Part shown: positions 1 to 13,603 of the stretch, one piece after another
Position numbering within the stretch: position 1 is the first letter of the stretch
How the letters are laid out: the number at the start of each line of letters is the position of its first letter
Notes under the pieces: model-generated
Seen by the model: only the letters and a program-made list of their open reading frames with translations
What the model was told of the DNA's origin: nothing
The model's database searches: none
DNA from: Eledone cirrhosa
Lineage: Eukaryota
Assembly (NCBI GenBank): GCA_964016885.1
Contig: OZ024742.1
Span: 128,712,001-128,776,000 of the forward strand
DNA length: 64,000 bases
Direction of reading: 5' to 3'
Position numbers and translations under genes: made by a program

Positions 1-335
1 TGTAACTAAACATAAAACTGCTGTAGTGGATAATTTTATGTTAGGGCAAAATCTAGCAGTGGAAAATATATAAATGAGGTCAGAACAGCAAAGCAGATCA
101 AAGAACAACAGAAAATGAAATAGTTATTTGGTGAAACCTAGTAGTGTTATTTTAATGCCAATGTAAACACAGGGATATTTCAAGGCCACCAGCGAGAACA
201 AGCATAGACATGTGCTCAAGCATGCTCATTCACTGACACTCATTCACTCAATCATAGCCACAAAGATTTAACTCTTAACAACCTGCTCTATGTCAGAGTA
301 ACCTTCTTCTCGAGACATCAACTATAGTAATGTCA

Positions 336-370
<35 letters not shown>

Positions 371-2383
371 TGTTATTATTATTATTAGTAGTATCAGTAG
401 AGGGTCGGACGCCATGCTTTGTAGCAAAGAGTTACGGCCCTTTATGGTCTGAGTTCAAATCCCACCGAGGTTAACTTTGCCTTTCATCCTTACAGGGTTG
501 ATAAAATAAAGTACTAGTAATACACTGGGATAATTGCTGGCCTTGTGCCAAAAGTAGAAACAATTATTATTATTATTATTATAGAAATGACTTCTACAAG
601 ACTAGAACAGTTTCATATGTAACAAGTCATCAAGAAATGAAACAGTTCTAGTCCTGTAGAAAATATCTAAAAATGTTATCTATTTTTAGAAACATGGAGC
701 AGTTGTGTACTTATTGAAAATTTAGAAGCTTCAATTCATTTTTTTTTACTATGAAAAATAGTCTAATAAATTGGGCATAAAAGCTGTAATTTTTTCCAGT
801 TCAGAGGCTTTTACACCCAATTTATTAGACTGTTTTTCAAAATATGTTGAAGCTTCTAAACTTTCAATAAATATCTAAAAATGTGTTTGTGAATTCAAAT
901 ATTTATAGTATCTTTACTAATGGACAGATTGTGAAAATTTATAACATTAAAGTCGATAATTTTGAATGATATAGTAATTTCGTTTTTCTAAAATTAATGT
1001 TACTATGCAAAGTCTTTAATATCCAGTAATGAATCATTTAGTAGAAAATATTTAAAAACAGGTTTGTCTATTCAAATGTTTACAGCATCTTTACTAGTGG
1101 TCAGATTGTTGTTAAAATTTGCAGTGTTAGAGTAAAGACTTTAATGTAATGTAGTAATAGTGGTGTTTTGTACTTTTTCAAGAATATCTTGCTAATGTGG
1201 TTTCTTGTGGTACAGGATGTTTTAAGTTAGAGAGCAAGGTATGTAAAAGGTAAATGTGAATTGGGATAGGTATTTCTACATTCCTATACACTGATATTTC
1301 TGGATAGTTGGTAAGATTTTACAAAAGGGTGTGGTGAACAAAGGTAAAAAATACTTTTAATATACAAACATATAAACATATAAACATGCCAAATATACAT
1401 TTTTCTCAGTAAACTAAAAAAATGATAAAAACATTTAATCAATTTTTTAAACTCTAGACTGTATATATAAGTACATAACTTTATCATATACTTTAGCTGT
1501 TTAGTGCATAACTTTATATATATATATATATATATATATTCGGTATACAAGGATGCAATTCACTTCTATATATATATACATCATCATCATCATCATCATC
1601 ATTACTGTTTAATGTCCATTTTTCTATGCTAGCATGGGTTAGACAAGTTGTCCTGTTCTGAGACAAGTCAGATCAAATGACTGTTGTTCATAGTTAACTG
1701 TTTCTGGCTTGATATTTACAACTGGATGCCCTTCCTAATGCCAACCAAATTTATAGTGTGGACTGGGTGTGTTTTGTCATGACACCAAAACAATCACTTT
1801 ACAGTGTGGACTGAGCACTTTTTGTCACGGCAGCAAAACGATAAAAAGCATCCATTCCACACTATAAAGATGGTTGGAATTAGAAAGGGCATCCTGCCAT
1901 AGAAGCCAAGCCAGAAACAGTTCTGTATGAGGAAGACATGGTCATCTGATCAGACTTGTCACACAACGGGACAAGCCGTCTAGCCCAGGCTAGCATGGAA
2001 AAATGCATGTTAAATGGTGATGATGATGATTATATATATAGTAATAATAATAAATATGAAGACTAAAATCCAAAGAGGGCTCGACAAAGATAATATATAT
2101 ATATAAAATATATAAAAACATAGAGCAAATATTTATTAAAATAACAATAATAGGCAGCGATTCTTTGCTTAAACTTTAATCTGTTATTTTAATAAATATT
2201 ATATATATATATATGTATTGATGATATAATGTATAAATAAAACATTGGAAATGCAATATTCATGTTTAACAGTTGGAGGAATTTCCATGAAATCAACTAG
2301 TAATTATTATAAATTTTGCTCAGGAAAATAAAAATGGTAGGGAACATAACTAGAAGTAAAGAAGACAATAAACAAAAACTTAC

Positions 2384-2487
2384 GCCCTTCGTGTTTTTTC
2401 ATGTTGTCATGAAATACATTCAGCAGATGCTTGACATTATAATCCATGTTCCGAACAAACTTTGCAAAATTTTCCATTTTTTCCTCT
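2384..2487 (-). CDS. SNX9: Sorting nexin exon, BAR start (EEKMENFAKFVRNMDYNVKHLLNVFHDNMKKHEG)
   Basis: atttag and gtaagt sites, 104 nt, phase 2-1; resembles the first BAR helix of SNX9/18/33. I found no further exon in 1-2383. Confidence 0.92.
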
Positions 2488-3827
2488 CTAAATAAAATAA
2501 AATTAATGAGGAGACATGTATTCAAATATATTTTCATTAAAAAAACAACAAAAAACACACTCACAATCATCATCATCATTATTTAATGCCTATTTTCCCT
2601 ACCATCAAAAGTATGACGGATCATCAGAGACCAAACTAAGACTTAACCTTTTTGATGCCAACCTGGCCAAAACAGACTATGAAACAAAGCCACCCATTTT
2701 AAAGGGTTTTTGTTTTAAAATCTTCCAACCTAATTTTACATAAAAACCTTTTAAGTTATCCTGCAAATACTATTTTTATAATGAAATAATAATTTGAGTA
2801 AATCCCTGGAAATTCTTCATAAATAAATTTAAATATAATGTATATAATTAGAAATTCAGTAATGACGGGGTTGATCTTGCAGATGGGCTGGCCACTGCAT
2901 TCTTGCATTCTACATTCTACAGAGTGTACTGTGCATTTTATGATGGCGCCAGCAATAAGAAGAGTGTCATGCCTTTGACACAACCTTTATTTGGCCAGTT
3001 TTCTACCCTTTTTATCATCAACCACTTTACAGATTAGTAAAAGATGGTAACTAAATCTCCCTCAAAACACATTCTACAATCATAAAAGAAGAAGCTCACA
3101 CTGGATCACAGCCAGCTGGAATGATCATAGATCTAGATCTTCTGTATCAGAGATAGGAAAAGGCCCTTATCATGTGATGGGAGTTATAGGGGCACTGTCC
3201 TAAAACACAGCATAGCATGTCTTGTTCATTATAAATCTGGTGAAGCACATCCCTGACCAGGTCAGAATACAGCTGATTTCTTCCACACAGAAAAAGAGAG
3301 AATGGTAAAGGAAAAATTGACTCCCAGTACTAGACTGGTACTTTATTGACCTCAAAAGGATGAAAAGCAAAGATGACCATGGCAGGATGGAATGGCAAAG
3401 ACTAGTATACCTCTAATCATAGGTAATCGTGATGAAGATTGACCTGCAGTTAAACATCATATTTGTTGGGGCCTTAGTTGGTACTGACAAAGTTATGTTC
3501 CTATTGTTTGATCAATGGAGTAGCCTACTGATGAAATTAATGATCAAGGGACTGGGTATTCCACAGACACATATAATTTGGTTGGCACATTGAATTACAG
3601 GTACAACCAGCTGAATAGACTTGGACGATGTGAAATAAAGAGTGTTGCTCAAGGACACAATGCACTGCTAGTAATTGAAACTATAACTTAAGGATCATTA
3701 GCTGAACACTCTAACCACTAAGCCATGGGCCTTCATAAACAACAACAATGTATATGCATCTGTACACACACACACACACAGGCTCACAATTTGCAAACAT
3801 AATTAACAAGATATATAGACAACTTAC

Positions 3828-3928
3828 GTTTCATTCATATCTAAATTTGAAGGGTTTCGAATTGTTAGGAAATATTTGCCACCCATATATTCATCTTTCT
3901 CAGCCTTCCTCTTCCCTTGTTTCCATTT
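3828..3928 (-). CDS. SNX9: Sorting nexin exon, PX-BAR linker (KWKQGKRKAEKDEYMGGKYFLTIRNPSNLDMNE)
   Basis: ctccag and gtaagt sites, 101 nt, phase 0-2; WKxGKRKAEKDE family motif. Confidence 0.95.
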
Positions 3929-5212
3929 CTGGAGGAAAATAAAATAGCAATAAACAATCTAACCAACATGCACATAAATACATATAAAGGGCTGCAAGAA
4001 CATAGCATGAATTAAAGGACTTGTAAAGATAATGGGGGCTTGGAACGTAAAACTAACTATAGTTGTACTTGCAATCAACCATCAAATATACCAAGTGTGT
4101 TTGTATCATCATCATCATTTAACATTCATTATTCCACGCTAGCATGAGTTAGACGAGTTATCTCATGGTGAGACAAGTCAGATTAGATGACCATATCTTG
4201 CTCATATAGAACTGTTTCTGGCATGGTTTCTATGGTTGGATGCCCTTCCAACGCCAATCACATTTACAGTGTCGACTGGGTGTTTTTTATTGTCATCAAC
4301 ACGACCATTTTACAGCGTGGAGTGGGCACTTTTTGTGTATTTATTTCTATATATCTCTGTTTGAAGGCATGAGGCTTTGTGTTTAGGGTATTCGGTTCAT
4401 GGTTTCGATTCCTGGTGCAGTGCTGTGTCCGTGAGCAAGACACTTTATTTCATGTTGCTCCAGTTCACTCAGCTGGCAAAAAATGGGTTGTACCTGTACA
4501 ACTCATCTTTTCCAAAACATTGTGTCATGCTGAATCTCCCTGAGAATTATGTTAAAGGTACATGTGTCAGTGGAATGCTCAGCCACTTGCATGTTAATTT
4601 CATGAGCAGGTTGTTCCATTAATCGTTGTAACTGATGGAGTATCAGTTAAATATTTTTGTCTGTAGCTCTTTAAACCCCCTCCTCAAACACACACACTCA
4701 CAACACATTTTCTATCTCAGTCATGTTGCTACAATAAGAAGTTCACTTTCCAATAACAATGTCCTGGCTCTTACCCTACATTTATGCAGATAGTTATATG
4801 TCTCCAAAGTTACTAATGCATTTCATCTTATATGTAATTTATCATATATGCTGAACATTTTGAGTAATTATATCCTAGAAATATATTAAAATATCATTCT
4901 TATCTGTAATCACATCCACATGTCAGTAATCAACATAAACTATAGGGTTTCTCTTATGTAAATATTAATCGTTTGTATATCTGATAATCTTCATATATAT
5001 ATATATATATATATAACATATCCATCTTGAACGCCAAAAAAATATTCAATGCTAAATTAATGCTTATTATTTTGAAATCAGTGCTGCAACATGTCTGTAT
5101 TCTTATGACTAACACCTCTAAAACAATACATTTTGGGAAGACAAGAAAAGTTAAATGATAAAGAAAATCTAACAATAAAATTATAAATAAAAATTCCTTG
5201 TGAAAGTCTAAC

Positions 5213-5343
5213 CTTTTCATCTGTACATGTAAGAAAGTGAAAGAACACATCACACTGAGAAATAACAGGGTGCCGAACCATTCTGTTAATCCACTGTTGC
5301 AACAGCTTCATGCGTTCTGAAATAAATTGTACCTCATAGCGTC
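5213..5343 (-). CDS. SNX9: Sorting nexin exon, PX end ([44 protein letters not shown])
   Basis: tttcag and gttag sites, 131 nt, phase 1-0; HPV..FL PX motif. Confidence 0.96.
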
Positions 5344-7212
5344 CTGAAATGGAGAAAATACACAGGATTTTAATGGTGGAGATGAACAGAGAAATAATGT
5401 TCAGATTTGAAAAACATGAGTTAAAGACAGCTGGAGGTAAATGTTTGTTTATGAGATAGAAGTCTTAACATCTTGTAATGCTTTCACAGTAAATATATGT
5501 AAACAAGCTGGTTAATTCAGTTGTTTATAGTATCTTTACTAGTGGACAGATCATTATAAAAATTTGCAGTATTAAAGTAAAGACTTTAATTTTTAATGTG
5601 ATTCCGTCATAGTGTTGTTTTGTGCTTTTCATGAATGTCTTGCTAATGTGTTTTGATATGCTACAGAATGTTAGATTTAGTTTGCGAGTAGAAAGAAAGT
5701 AAAATTATTAAGAAGCTTGGAGATTATAGACATAAACCAACCAGGTTGCAATGATATCACTGAAGATTTCAACTTCATGTTGTGTATCTAAGGCAACTCA
5801 GTTTGGCAATGTGCACAAAGAGAAATTCTCCTCATTGATAACAAATGTCAAGCCAGCATATCTACAAACATGCTGCCAATGACCAATGTGATCTACAAAT
5901 TTGTTTGGAAATGTGGAAATTGAAATCTTCATGACTAACTGATACATTGCCCATGTGATTACAACATTTTCCTGCTGGCTCACCATAGATTTACAAGGAG
6001 CTATTTACCATAATGCACGACATAACACAATGCAAAACAAAACATTATAGGAAAACATCTGTAAACAATACACACATCTTATCTGAAATTTTCAACAAAA
6101 CTAGTTGATTAACTCTTAACATCATGTAATGATTCCACAGAGTAAAAATCTAAAAACAAGTTTACAGCATTTTTACTAGTAGACATATTGTTTTGAAAAT
6201 TTGCAGTATTAGAGTAAAGACTTCAGTTTTTAATGTGATGTTGTCATAGTGCTGTTTTGTATGCTTTAAGAATGTCTTGCTAATGCAATTTTATATGGTT
6301 CTGGACGTTAAATGTTAATGGTGGAAGTGATATAAATAGCACAATGCAGTGCAACACTTAGGTAAGACTTTTTGAGGCAGTTTTTCTATGGCCATATGCC
6401 CTTCCTAATGCCAGCTCATACTTTATGTTTAAGTAAAGAATGCACCACTGACATTTGTTGAACTGCTAAGCTGTAACACATTGTTTATGTGGTTCATAAA
6501 CAAACATCTAAATTTGCTTCAAATAGGGCCAATTAGAAAACGTGTGGAAACAGATACATCATCATCATCATTTTATGTCCGCTTTTCCCTGCTTGCAAGG
6601 GTGGGACGGGTCCTATTCAGCACAGCATCTCTCCACTTGTCACGGTCCTTTGTCATCTCCAGCGTAAGCACACATGGATATACAAAGGGACTCCATACAG
6701 TTTCCATCCATCAAATTCATTCATAAGATATTGGTCAGCCTGGGCTATATTAGAAGACATTTGCCCAAAGTGGCATTAAGTGGAATCCATCTTAAAATCA
6801 TGATTTTATCTGCTTTCCATGCTGGCATGTTTTGACAGGTTGTCAGTGACCCATCATGCTCATATATACATATTTGGCATGGTTTCTATAGCTGGATGCT
6901 TTTCCTAATGCAACCATATTACAGAGTGTACTGGGTGCACTTTTTCATGGGACAAATACTACCACTTTATAAAGTAAACAAGGTGCATTTCTTTGTGGCA
7001 CCAACACAACCGCATTACAGAGCATACTGTGTTTTATCATAGCACTAACACTATACTAACACTTTACAGGGTTGCACTGGGTGGATTTTATTATGGTGCC
7101 AGCACTAAAGAGGTTGTTACATGTTCAACCAACTGGAAAATCCTCTCACACTGAGGTTCCAATTCATAGACTACGATTAGGTATCATGCTGGAAAGATTT
7201 GTTAAACTTTTA

Positions 7213-7392
<180 letters not shown>

Positions 7393-8344
7393 TCATTGCA
7401 GATCTGAGTGAAGAACAGGGCTGGATTATCACTTGATTTAGGCATCAAGAGAAGAAAGACGCCCTTTTATTCAAACTAAATGTATTTACCACGCCTACAT
7501 TTTTTTTGTAGACTTTATATATAAAGATCGCCATAATTTTTTTAAGAGTTTGGGGACTCAAAAAGATTTAATCTGGCCCTAGTGGAGAGAGACACGAATC
7601 ATATCATCTTTAGAAAATAGGTCAAATAAACTGAAATCAAAGGTGGAGCAACGCAAGCATAAATGTCCATGGAACTCAACACCTGATATAGTCATGTCTT
7701 AGGCATTTCAAACCTGAGTCCATCCCTCCAGGGCAGAACACAGTTGATTTCTTGGAGAGAATCGACCCAGTAGTGAAATGGTACTTTATTCATTGACCTC
7801 GAAATGTTGAAAGGCAAAGACTGTCAATTTGCCACCTTAACCCTTTAGCATTTAAACCCAGCCGTATCCGACCAGTATTCTCTCATCTCTTCCTGTTCGA
7901 ACCAACCATAACCAGCTGCTCATACTGATGTTAAGGTATTGTTCTTAAAATAAATAATATCAAAATCTTGTAGATTCAGTATTATGTGATATATAGTGTT
8001 TACTGTGAAAATACAATAGTAAATATAGAGTAATGTAAATGCTAAAGGGTTAAAGATATATATTAAAGTAACTGATAAGTAATAGTAGTGACAGTGTTCT
8101 TACATAAACTTACTTTCAGTTATCATGAGTGAGATTGAACTTCTTGATTCTAGGAAGTTGACACAAGAATTAAATATTAGTTAAATATTTTGTCTTTTAA
8201 CTTTTAATATCTTGCAATAGTTTAGTTGAAAATATCTAAAAAATGTGTTTGATTCAAATGTTTATAGTAACTTTATAAGCAGACAGATTGTTGTGGAAAT
8301 TTGTAATATTAGAGTAAGGATTTTCATTTTTAATGTGATGCAGT

Positions 8345-8887
8345 TGTAGCCAGAATGCATAGTTGGTCGCCAGTGTGGTAAAATGATGGTATCCTCGTTG
8401 GATTGTCTTGTCGACATAGACGTGAGGGAAGGTCCCTCGTCTATTTACCATCTTTGTATTTACAATATTCCTTTCGTCAGGTCGCCAATTCCAGCAGCAT
8501 GGATTATAGATGTCATTGAGACACGAGTAACATAATAATGATTTCAACAGCAGAAATTAGAGATGAAATGTATGTTTATTTTTGATGTAGCACAAACAAT
8601 GTTTGTTAACTTATATGGTTGAAGTTACACATAAAAAGAGGTTACAAAAGGGAATGTGCCATTGCGCCGGAAAGCCGGCAGGCTAGGGTGCAAAATCTCA
8701 CCGTTACATTGTACGTGCTGCTGGTTCGAAGTTCCTGGTGCGAGAGAGTGATTCTTCAAATCTTTTCGGGTAAATTCTCCCTCAAGGTGCGTAGGGATAC
8801 ATCCTCTTCTACTGGCGCTGATTGGCTGAACTGAGCCAAATCACGCACAGAGATTGTATGTGAGCCCGCGGAATGTAGGTCTCTACA
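8345..8887. mobile_element. Solo LTR (Gypsy-like) inserted in a MITE
   Basis: Termini TGTAG...CTACA with a 4-bp TSD CAGT (8341-8344 and 8888-8891); removing it restores the MITE sequence 'gtgatgcagtcatag'. Confidence 0.8.
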
Positions 8888-9504
8888 CAGTCATAGAACA
8901 GTTTTATACTTTTTCAAGGATATCTTTACAAATGTGGTTTCATATTGTACAGGATATTAAGAGTTAAATAATGATGTTCTAGAATATTCTAGATAGTTCT
9001 ACCATTGAAAAAAGGGATTGATTTGGCATAGTATTTATGGCATTCAATATTTGTTTTGGCTGTACCCCGAGTTCAAATTCTGCTGAAGCCCACTTTGCCT
9101 TGCCTTCTTTTATTGGAGCGATGAAAGTACCAGCCAATTCTTGATGCAGCCCTCTCTCTCTCTCTCTCCTGATTGTCAAATCCTGGATATTCTGCTGGAT
9201 CAATAGAGGGAGGGTGACTGTGTCGGCTAATGATTGCATGGAAACCTAAAACCCTTAGTGAACATAGAGCACATACTGCATATTAGATAGTGTAAAAAAG
9301 ATAGAAGTACAAGAGATCACAGCTCTGATACTATGGGCATGTGGTTAGAATATCCCAGGAAAGAATCACTAGACAGATTTTATGGACAAACCCAATTGAC
9401 AAGAGGCCCTGAGCAAGATGGTTGGATAACATCCATGAGTTTGGCTGGTCTTGCTTGGAGATTCAGCCGGATAAATTAGAGATGGTTGCTTTGAAAGGAA
9501 ATAA

Positions 9505-9635
9505 GGAGGAGGAGAAGAAGATACATATTTTCGGTGTTTAGTTATGGAGGAGGAGGAGAAGAAGAAATACATATTTTAGGTGTTTAGTTATGGAGGAGAA
9601 GAAGAAATACATATTTTAGGTGTTTAGTTATGGAA
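9505..9635. repeat. Minisatellite, about 3 units of 40-43 bp
   Basis: Repeated ggaggagaagaagaaatacatattttaggtgtttagttat. Confidence 0.85.
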
Positions 9636-9875
9636 GATGGTGATTCAATAGATGGAAGCAATTACTATAAATATATTATTTCACAAACAAATATATTGCA
9701 GTGTTTGATATGTCTCATGTTCTGAGTTCAAATACTGCTGAGGTTGGCTTTGCATTATATTCTTCTGGGGTCAATAAAATAAAGTACCCATCAAGTACTG
9801 GGCTTAATTTAATCAATTTTGCCCTTCCCAAAAATTTGCTAACAATCTAAATTAAAAGTCAATTATTGTTAATAT

Positions 9876-9986
9876 AATCATCATCATCAGGTTGATGGAT
9901 TGGTAGAATCATTAGAACATTGCCTTTCAGGATGAAAGGCAATGTTCTAATGATTCTACCAATCCATCAACCTGATGATGATGGTT
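9876..9986. repeat. Near-perfect 54-bp-arm palindrome inside a SINE
   Basis: atcatcaggttgatggattggtagaatcattagaacattgcctttca-gga-tgaaaggcaatgttctaatgattctaccaatccatcaacctgatgat. Confidence 0.95.
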
Positions 9987-10063
9987 GATAAAATAAAGTA
10001 CCAGTTAAATACAGGGGTTGATTTAATTGACATTCTTCTCTCCTAAAGCTGCTGGCATTGTGT

Positions 10064-10292
10064 TTAACCCTTTAGCATTTACATTACTCTATATTTACTA
10101 TTGTATTTTCATGGTAAAGGCTTCATTTCACATAATTATCTCACATAATATTGAAGCTACAAAATGTTGATATTATCTATTTTGAGAACAATACCTTAAC
10201 ATAAGTATGAGCAGCTGATTACAGCCTATTTGAACAGAAAGGGGTGAAAGAATTCTGGTCAGATACAGCCAGTTTAAATGCTAAAGGGTTAA
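10064..10292. mobile_element. TTAA-flanked piggyBac-like MITE family 2 (others at 7837-8053, 46657-46883)
   Basis: TIR TTAACCCTTTAGCATTTA...TAAATGCTAAAGGGTTAA. Confidence 0.8.
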
Positions 10293-11073
10293 ATTAGAAA
10301 TGATTATTTTCATCATAATTATGAACTCAATTTTAACATAATTTAGTACATAGTATATATAGAAGCCACTAAATGTCTAGGAATATATGGTGTAACAGAA
10401 AAACTAACACATTCAGAAAAAATACGTTTTTTTAATTTATTATGAAAATCTAAATAATTGTTTCTACTTTTGGCACAAGGCCAGCAATTATCCCAGTGTA
10501 TTACTAGTACTTTATTTTATCGACCCATAAGGATGAAAGGCAAAGTTAACCTCGGCGGGATTTGAACTCAGACCATAAAGGGCCGAAACTTTTTGCTGCA
10601 AAGCATGGAGTTCAACCCTCTACCAATACTGCCAATAATAATTGTTTCTATTTTGGGCACAAGGCCACCAATTACACAATATAATTAGGTAACATCTTTA
10701 TATCACGAGGCAAAGAATTCTAGAAACACAAAAGCTGCCCCAAATATCATCATCATCGTTTGATGTCTATTTTCCATGCTTGCATGGGTCAGACAGATTG
10801 TCCCGTTATGAGACAAGTCAGGTCTGGAGGCCATGTCATGCTCATATGGCTCTGTATTTTGGCTTGGTTTCTACAGCTGGATGCCCTTCCTAAACACCAA
10901 TTATGTTACAGTGTGGACTGAATGCTTTTTTATCATGGCATCAAAAGAACCACCTTACAAGCTGAAGTGGGTGCTTTTTATCATGCCACCAACTTAACCA
11001 CCCACCCACCCACCTTACATTGTGAACTGGGTGCTTTTTGTTGTGTGGTCACAAATGGCTAATGAAGAATATA

Positions 11074-12254
11074 TAAAGTCATCTCATAAGTAGTGTCCTT
11101 TTTTACACTGTACGTTTTAAAACATGTTCCAGCATATTTAAACAAGATTTTTTCACAGATGTATAAATACTGCAGAGAAAGAAAAGCTTCACTCGGATAG
11201 TTTCTGGTTTGCAGACACAAGTTTTAAATTGTTGCTTTAATAATCCTTCCAGAAAAACATGGAAGTCACAGAAGTGCACATAAGACATGTCATGCTTTGT
11301 AAGTTAAAAAAAAGCCAACAGTGCAACGAATATCGTAAAACATGTGCAAAAAAGTGTGTGGTGAAGATATTTTGAATGTTTGTAAGTTCCAATGATGTTT
11401 CAATAAACTTCAGCAAGAGAACTTTGACTTGGATGAGGGCCACTGGTCTGGGTGTCCTGTCGCTTTTGATAATATGCTGAAAGCTGCTACTAAAAATAAA
11501 TTCCCATGCAACTGTTAAAGAGTTAGCAGAAGAGGTTAATCTAGTGTCATCAACCATCCAACACCATTTACAGGAACTTGGAACGGTGTTGAAGCTTGAC
11601 AAGTAGATTTTACATTAACTGATTGAAAACAATTGAAGAGAACGCATCAGAATCTGCACTGCTCTTCATTCTCAAGAATGTAAGTGTCCATTTTTAAATG
11701 GTTATGAAAAGTAGATAAGGATGTTAAATGCTGACGGCAGTGGGTTCAATCAGGACAACAAAATCTCATCTGAAACAAGATCATCTTCAGAACAATTTGT
11801 TAAGCATTTGGTGGGATATGACTGAACCCTCACCTTGCCACAAAATCAAACAATCACAGTTCAAGTGTACCGTGAACAACCCAATCAACTAAATGAAAAT
11901 TGAAAGACAAGGTACTTTCTAGTCAATCAAAAGGGTGCCATTTTCTTCCATCATGACAACACCTGAACTAATAGTGCATGAATTACATGTTCCACAATTG
12001 AAGAACATGTTCATTCAGATTATCATTTATTCCAATATTTGCAATATATTATTTATGGAAAACAAGACACTTGAAATAGACTTGCATGACTGTTTCTCCT
12101 CAAAACCGACTGATTTTTATAGGAATGGCATCAGAAACCTTTTACAGGTAGGGAGAATGTTACTGAATATATATTTAATTAAATTAGTAACTTGTGTTTT
12201 TTATCTCTTCAAAACCTAAAACTGAAAAATGATATTACTTATGGGATAACTTAA
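11074..12254 (+). mobile_element. Degenerate Tc1/mariner transposon
   Basis: Imperfect TIRs (TAAAGTCATCTCATAAGTAGTGTC vs reverse complement TTAAGTTATCCCATAAGTAATATC) flanked by TA; broken transposase beginning MEVTEVHIRHVML, with SIWWD and HHDN-like remnants. Confidence 0.85.
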
Positions 12255-12522
12255 TATTTTAAGTCTAAATTCTCTTCATATATGTAAAGATACTTTTCAT
12301 CCTCTCCTGCGAGTTTTTTTTTTTTATCATTTGTTTCTTATAAATGATGAACTCAGCATGGCGGAATAGTTAAGGAGTTTGCTTTAAATCATTAGACCCC
12401 AGATTCAATCCCACTCTATGACATTTTAGGCAAGTGTCATTTCTAATAACCTCAGGTCAACACAAGTGTTGTGAATGAAACTGATTGGAAGCCTATCAGA
12501 TGTAATTCAAAGAACTAGCTTA

Positions 12523-12866
12523 GTCACACTGAATCTCCCTGAGAATTCTGGGTACATGTATCTGTGAATGCTCAGTTACTTACATGTTAATCTTTGTGCA
12601 GGCTGTTCTATTGATCAAATAATTGGAACACTCATCATTGAAACCGATGGAGGTCCATTCCATGAAAAAATTCTATATTTGAAATGGACATTGTCACACT
12701 GAATCTTCCTGAGAACTACATTCTGGCCACATGTATCTGTGGAATGCTCAGCCACTTACATGTTAATTTCATGAGCAGGCTGTTCTACTGATCAAACAAC
12801 TGAAACACTCATTGTTGAAAATGGAGGTTCATTCCATAAATAAATCCTATATTTGAAACAGACAGT
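12523..12866. repeat. Tandem duplication of a ~170-bp SINE 3' part plus flank
   Basis: gtcacactgaatct...ctatatttgaaa occurs at 12523 and 12693. Confidence 0.85.
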
Positions 12867-13480
12867 GAGATGTATATAGTGCAGGTTGCTTTATCATAAC
12901 TACTTAGGGGAAAGATAAGGTAAGAATTAATGTGGAATTTAAAGCCTTTGAATTCAACAATGAAAATAATTAACTCATCTAACATGCTGTAATGAGGTCA
13001 ATGTCCCAACAACCACTTTTTAAACAGTCTTCTTTTGACAGACATGACATTCTAATTAAGTAGCTGATTAAATATTTAGGTTTAATTAATCAAAATCATC
13101 TTTTTAACCTTTTTGATACCAACCTGTCTGAAATCACCCCTGCTTCTATGATACAAAATTGTTTGTTTTAAAGTGTTTATATTTATCTAAAAATCTTCCT
13201 TCATGATTTTATGTAAGAACATTTGTTAAGTTATGTCCCAAACACCAGCTTAATTATGAGAAAATTATATGAATAAATATCTCCAAATTTGTTTACTATT
13301 TTCTAAATTATTTAAAAATTTCAGGCAGTGTTTGTTTTATTAGAAATATGATAATGAATGGATAAATTCGAAATTGAATTACAAGAAATTGAAACAAAAC
13401 AAAATTACTTGAAAATATACATGAAAAGATGCCGTAAATAATAAAGGATAAAAAAAAAACTGATCATGTATGTTACTTAC

Positions 13481-13603
13481 TGAAGGGATAAGTTGGTAGG
13501 CAACAAACATTTTTAACCCTTTCAATTTACTTTCTTTCTTTGGATCCCTCAATTCACATGTGTATTCTGATTTCACTTCCCACTCAGGACCATGTGAACC
13601 TTC
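13481..13603 (-). CDS. SNX9: Sorting nexin exon, PX start (EGSHGPEWEVKSEYTCELRDPKKESKLKGLKMFVAYQLIPS)
   Basis: ttatag and gtaagt sites, 123 nt; DPxKxSKxxGxKxF/YxAY motif. Confidence 0.95.
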
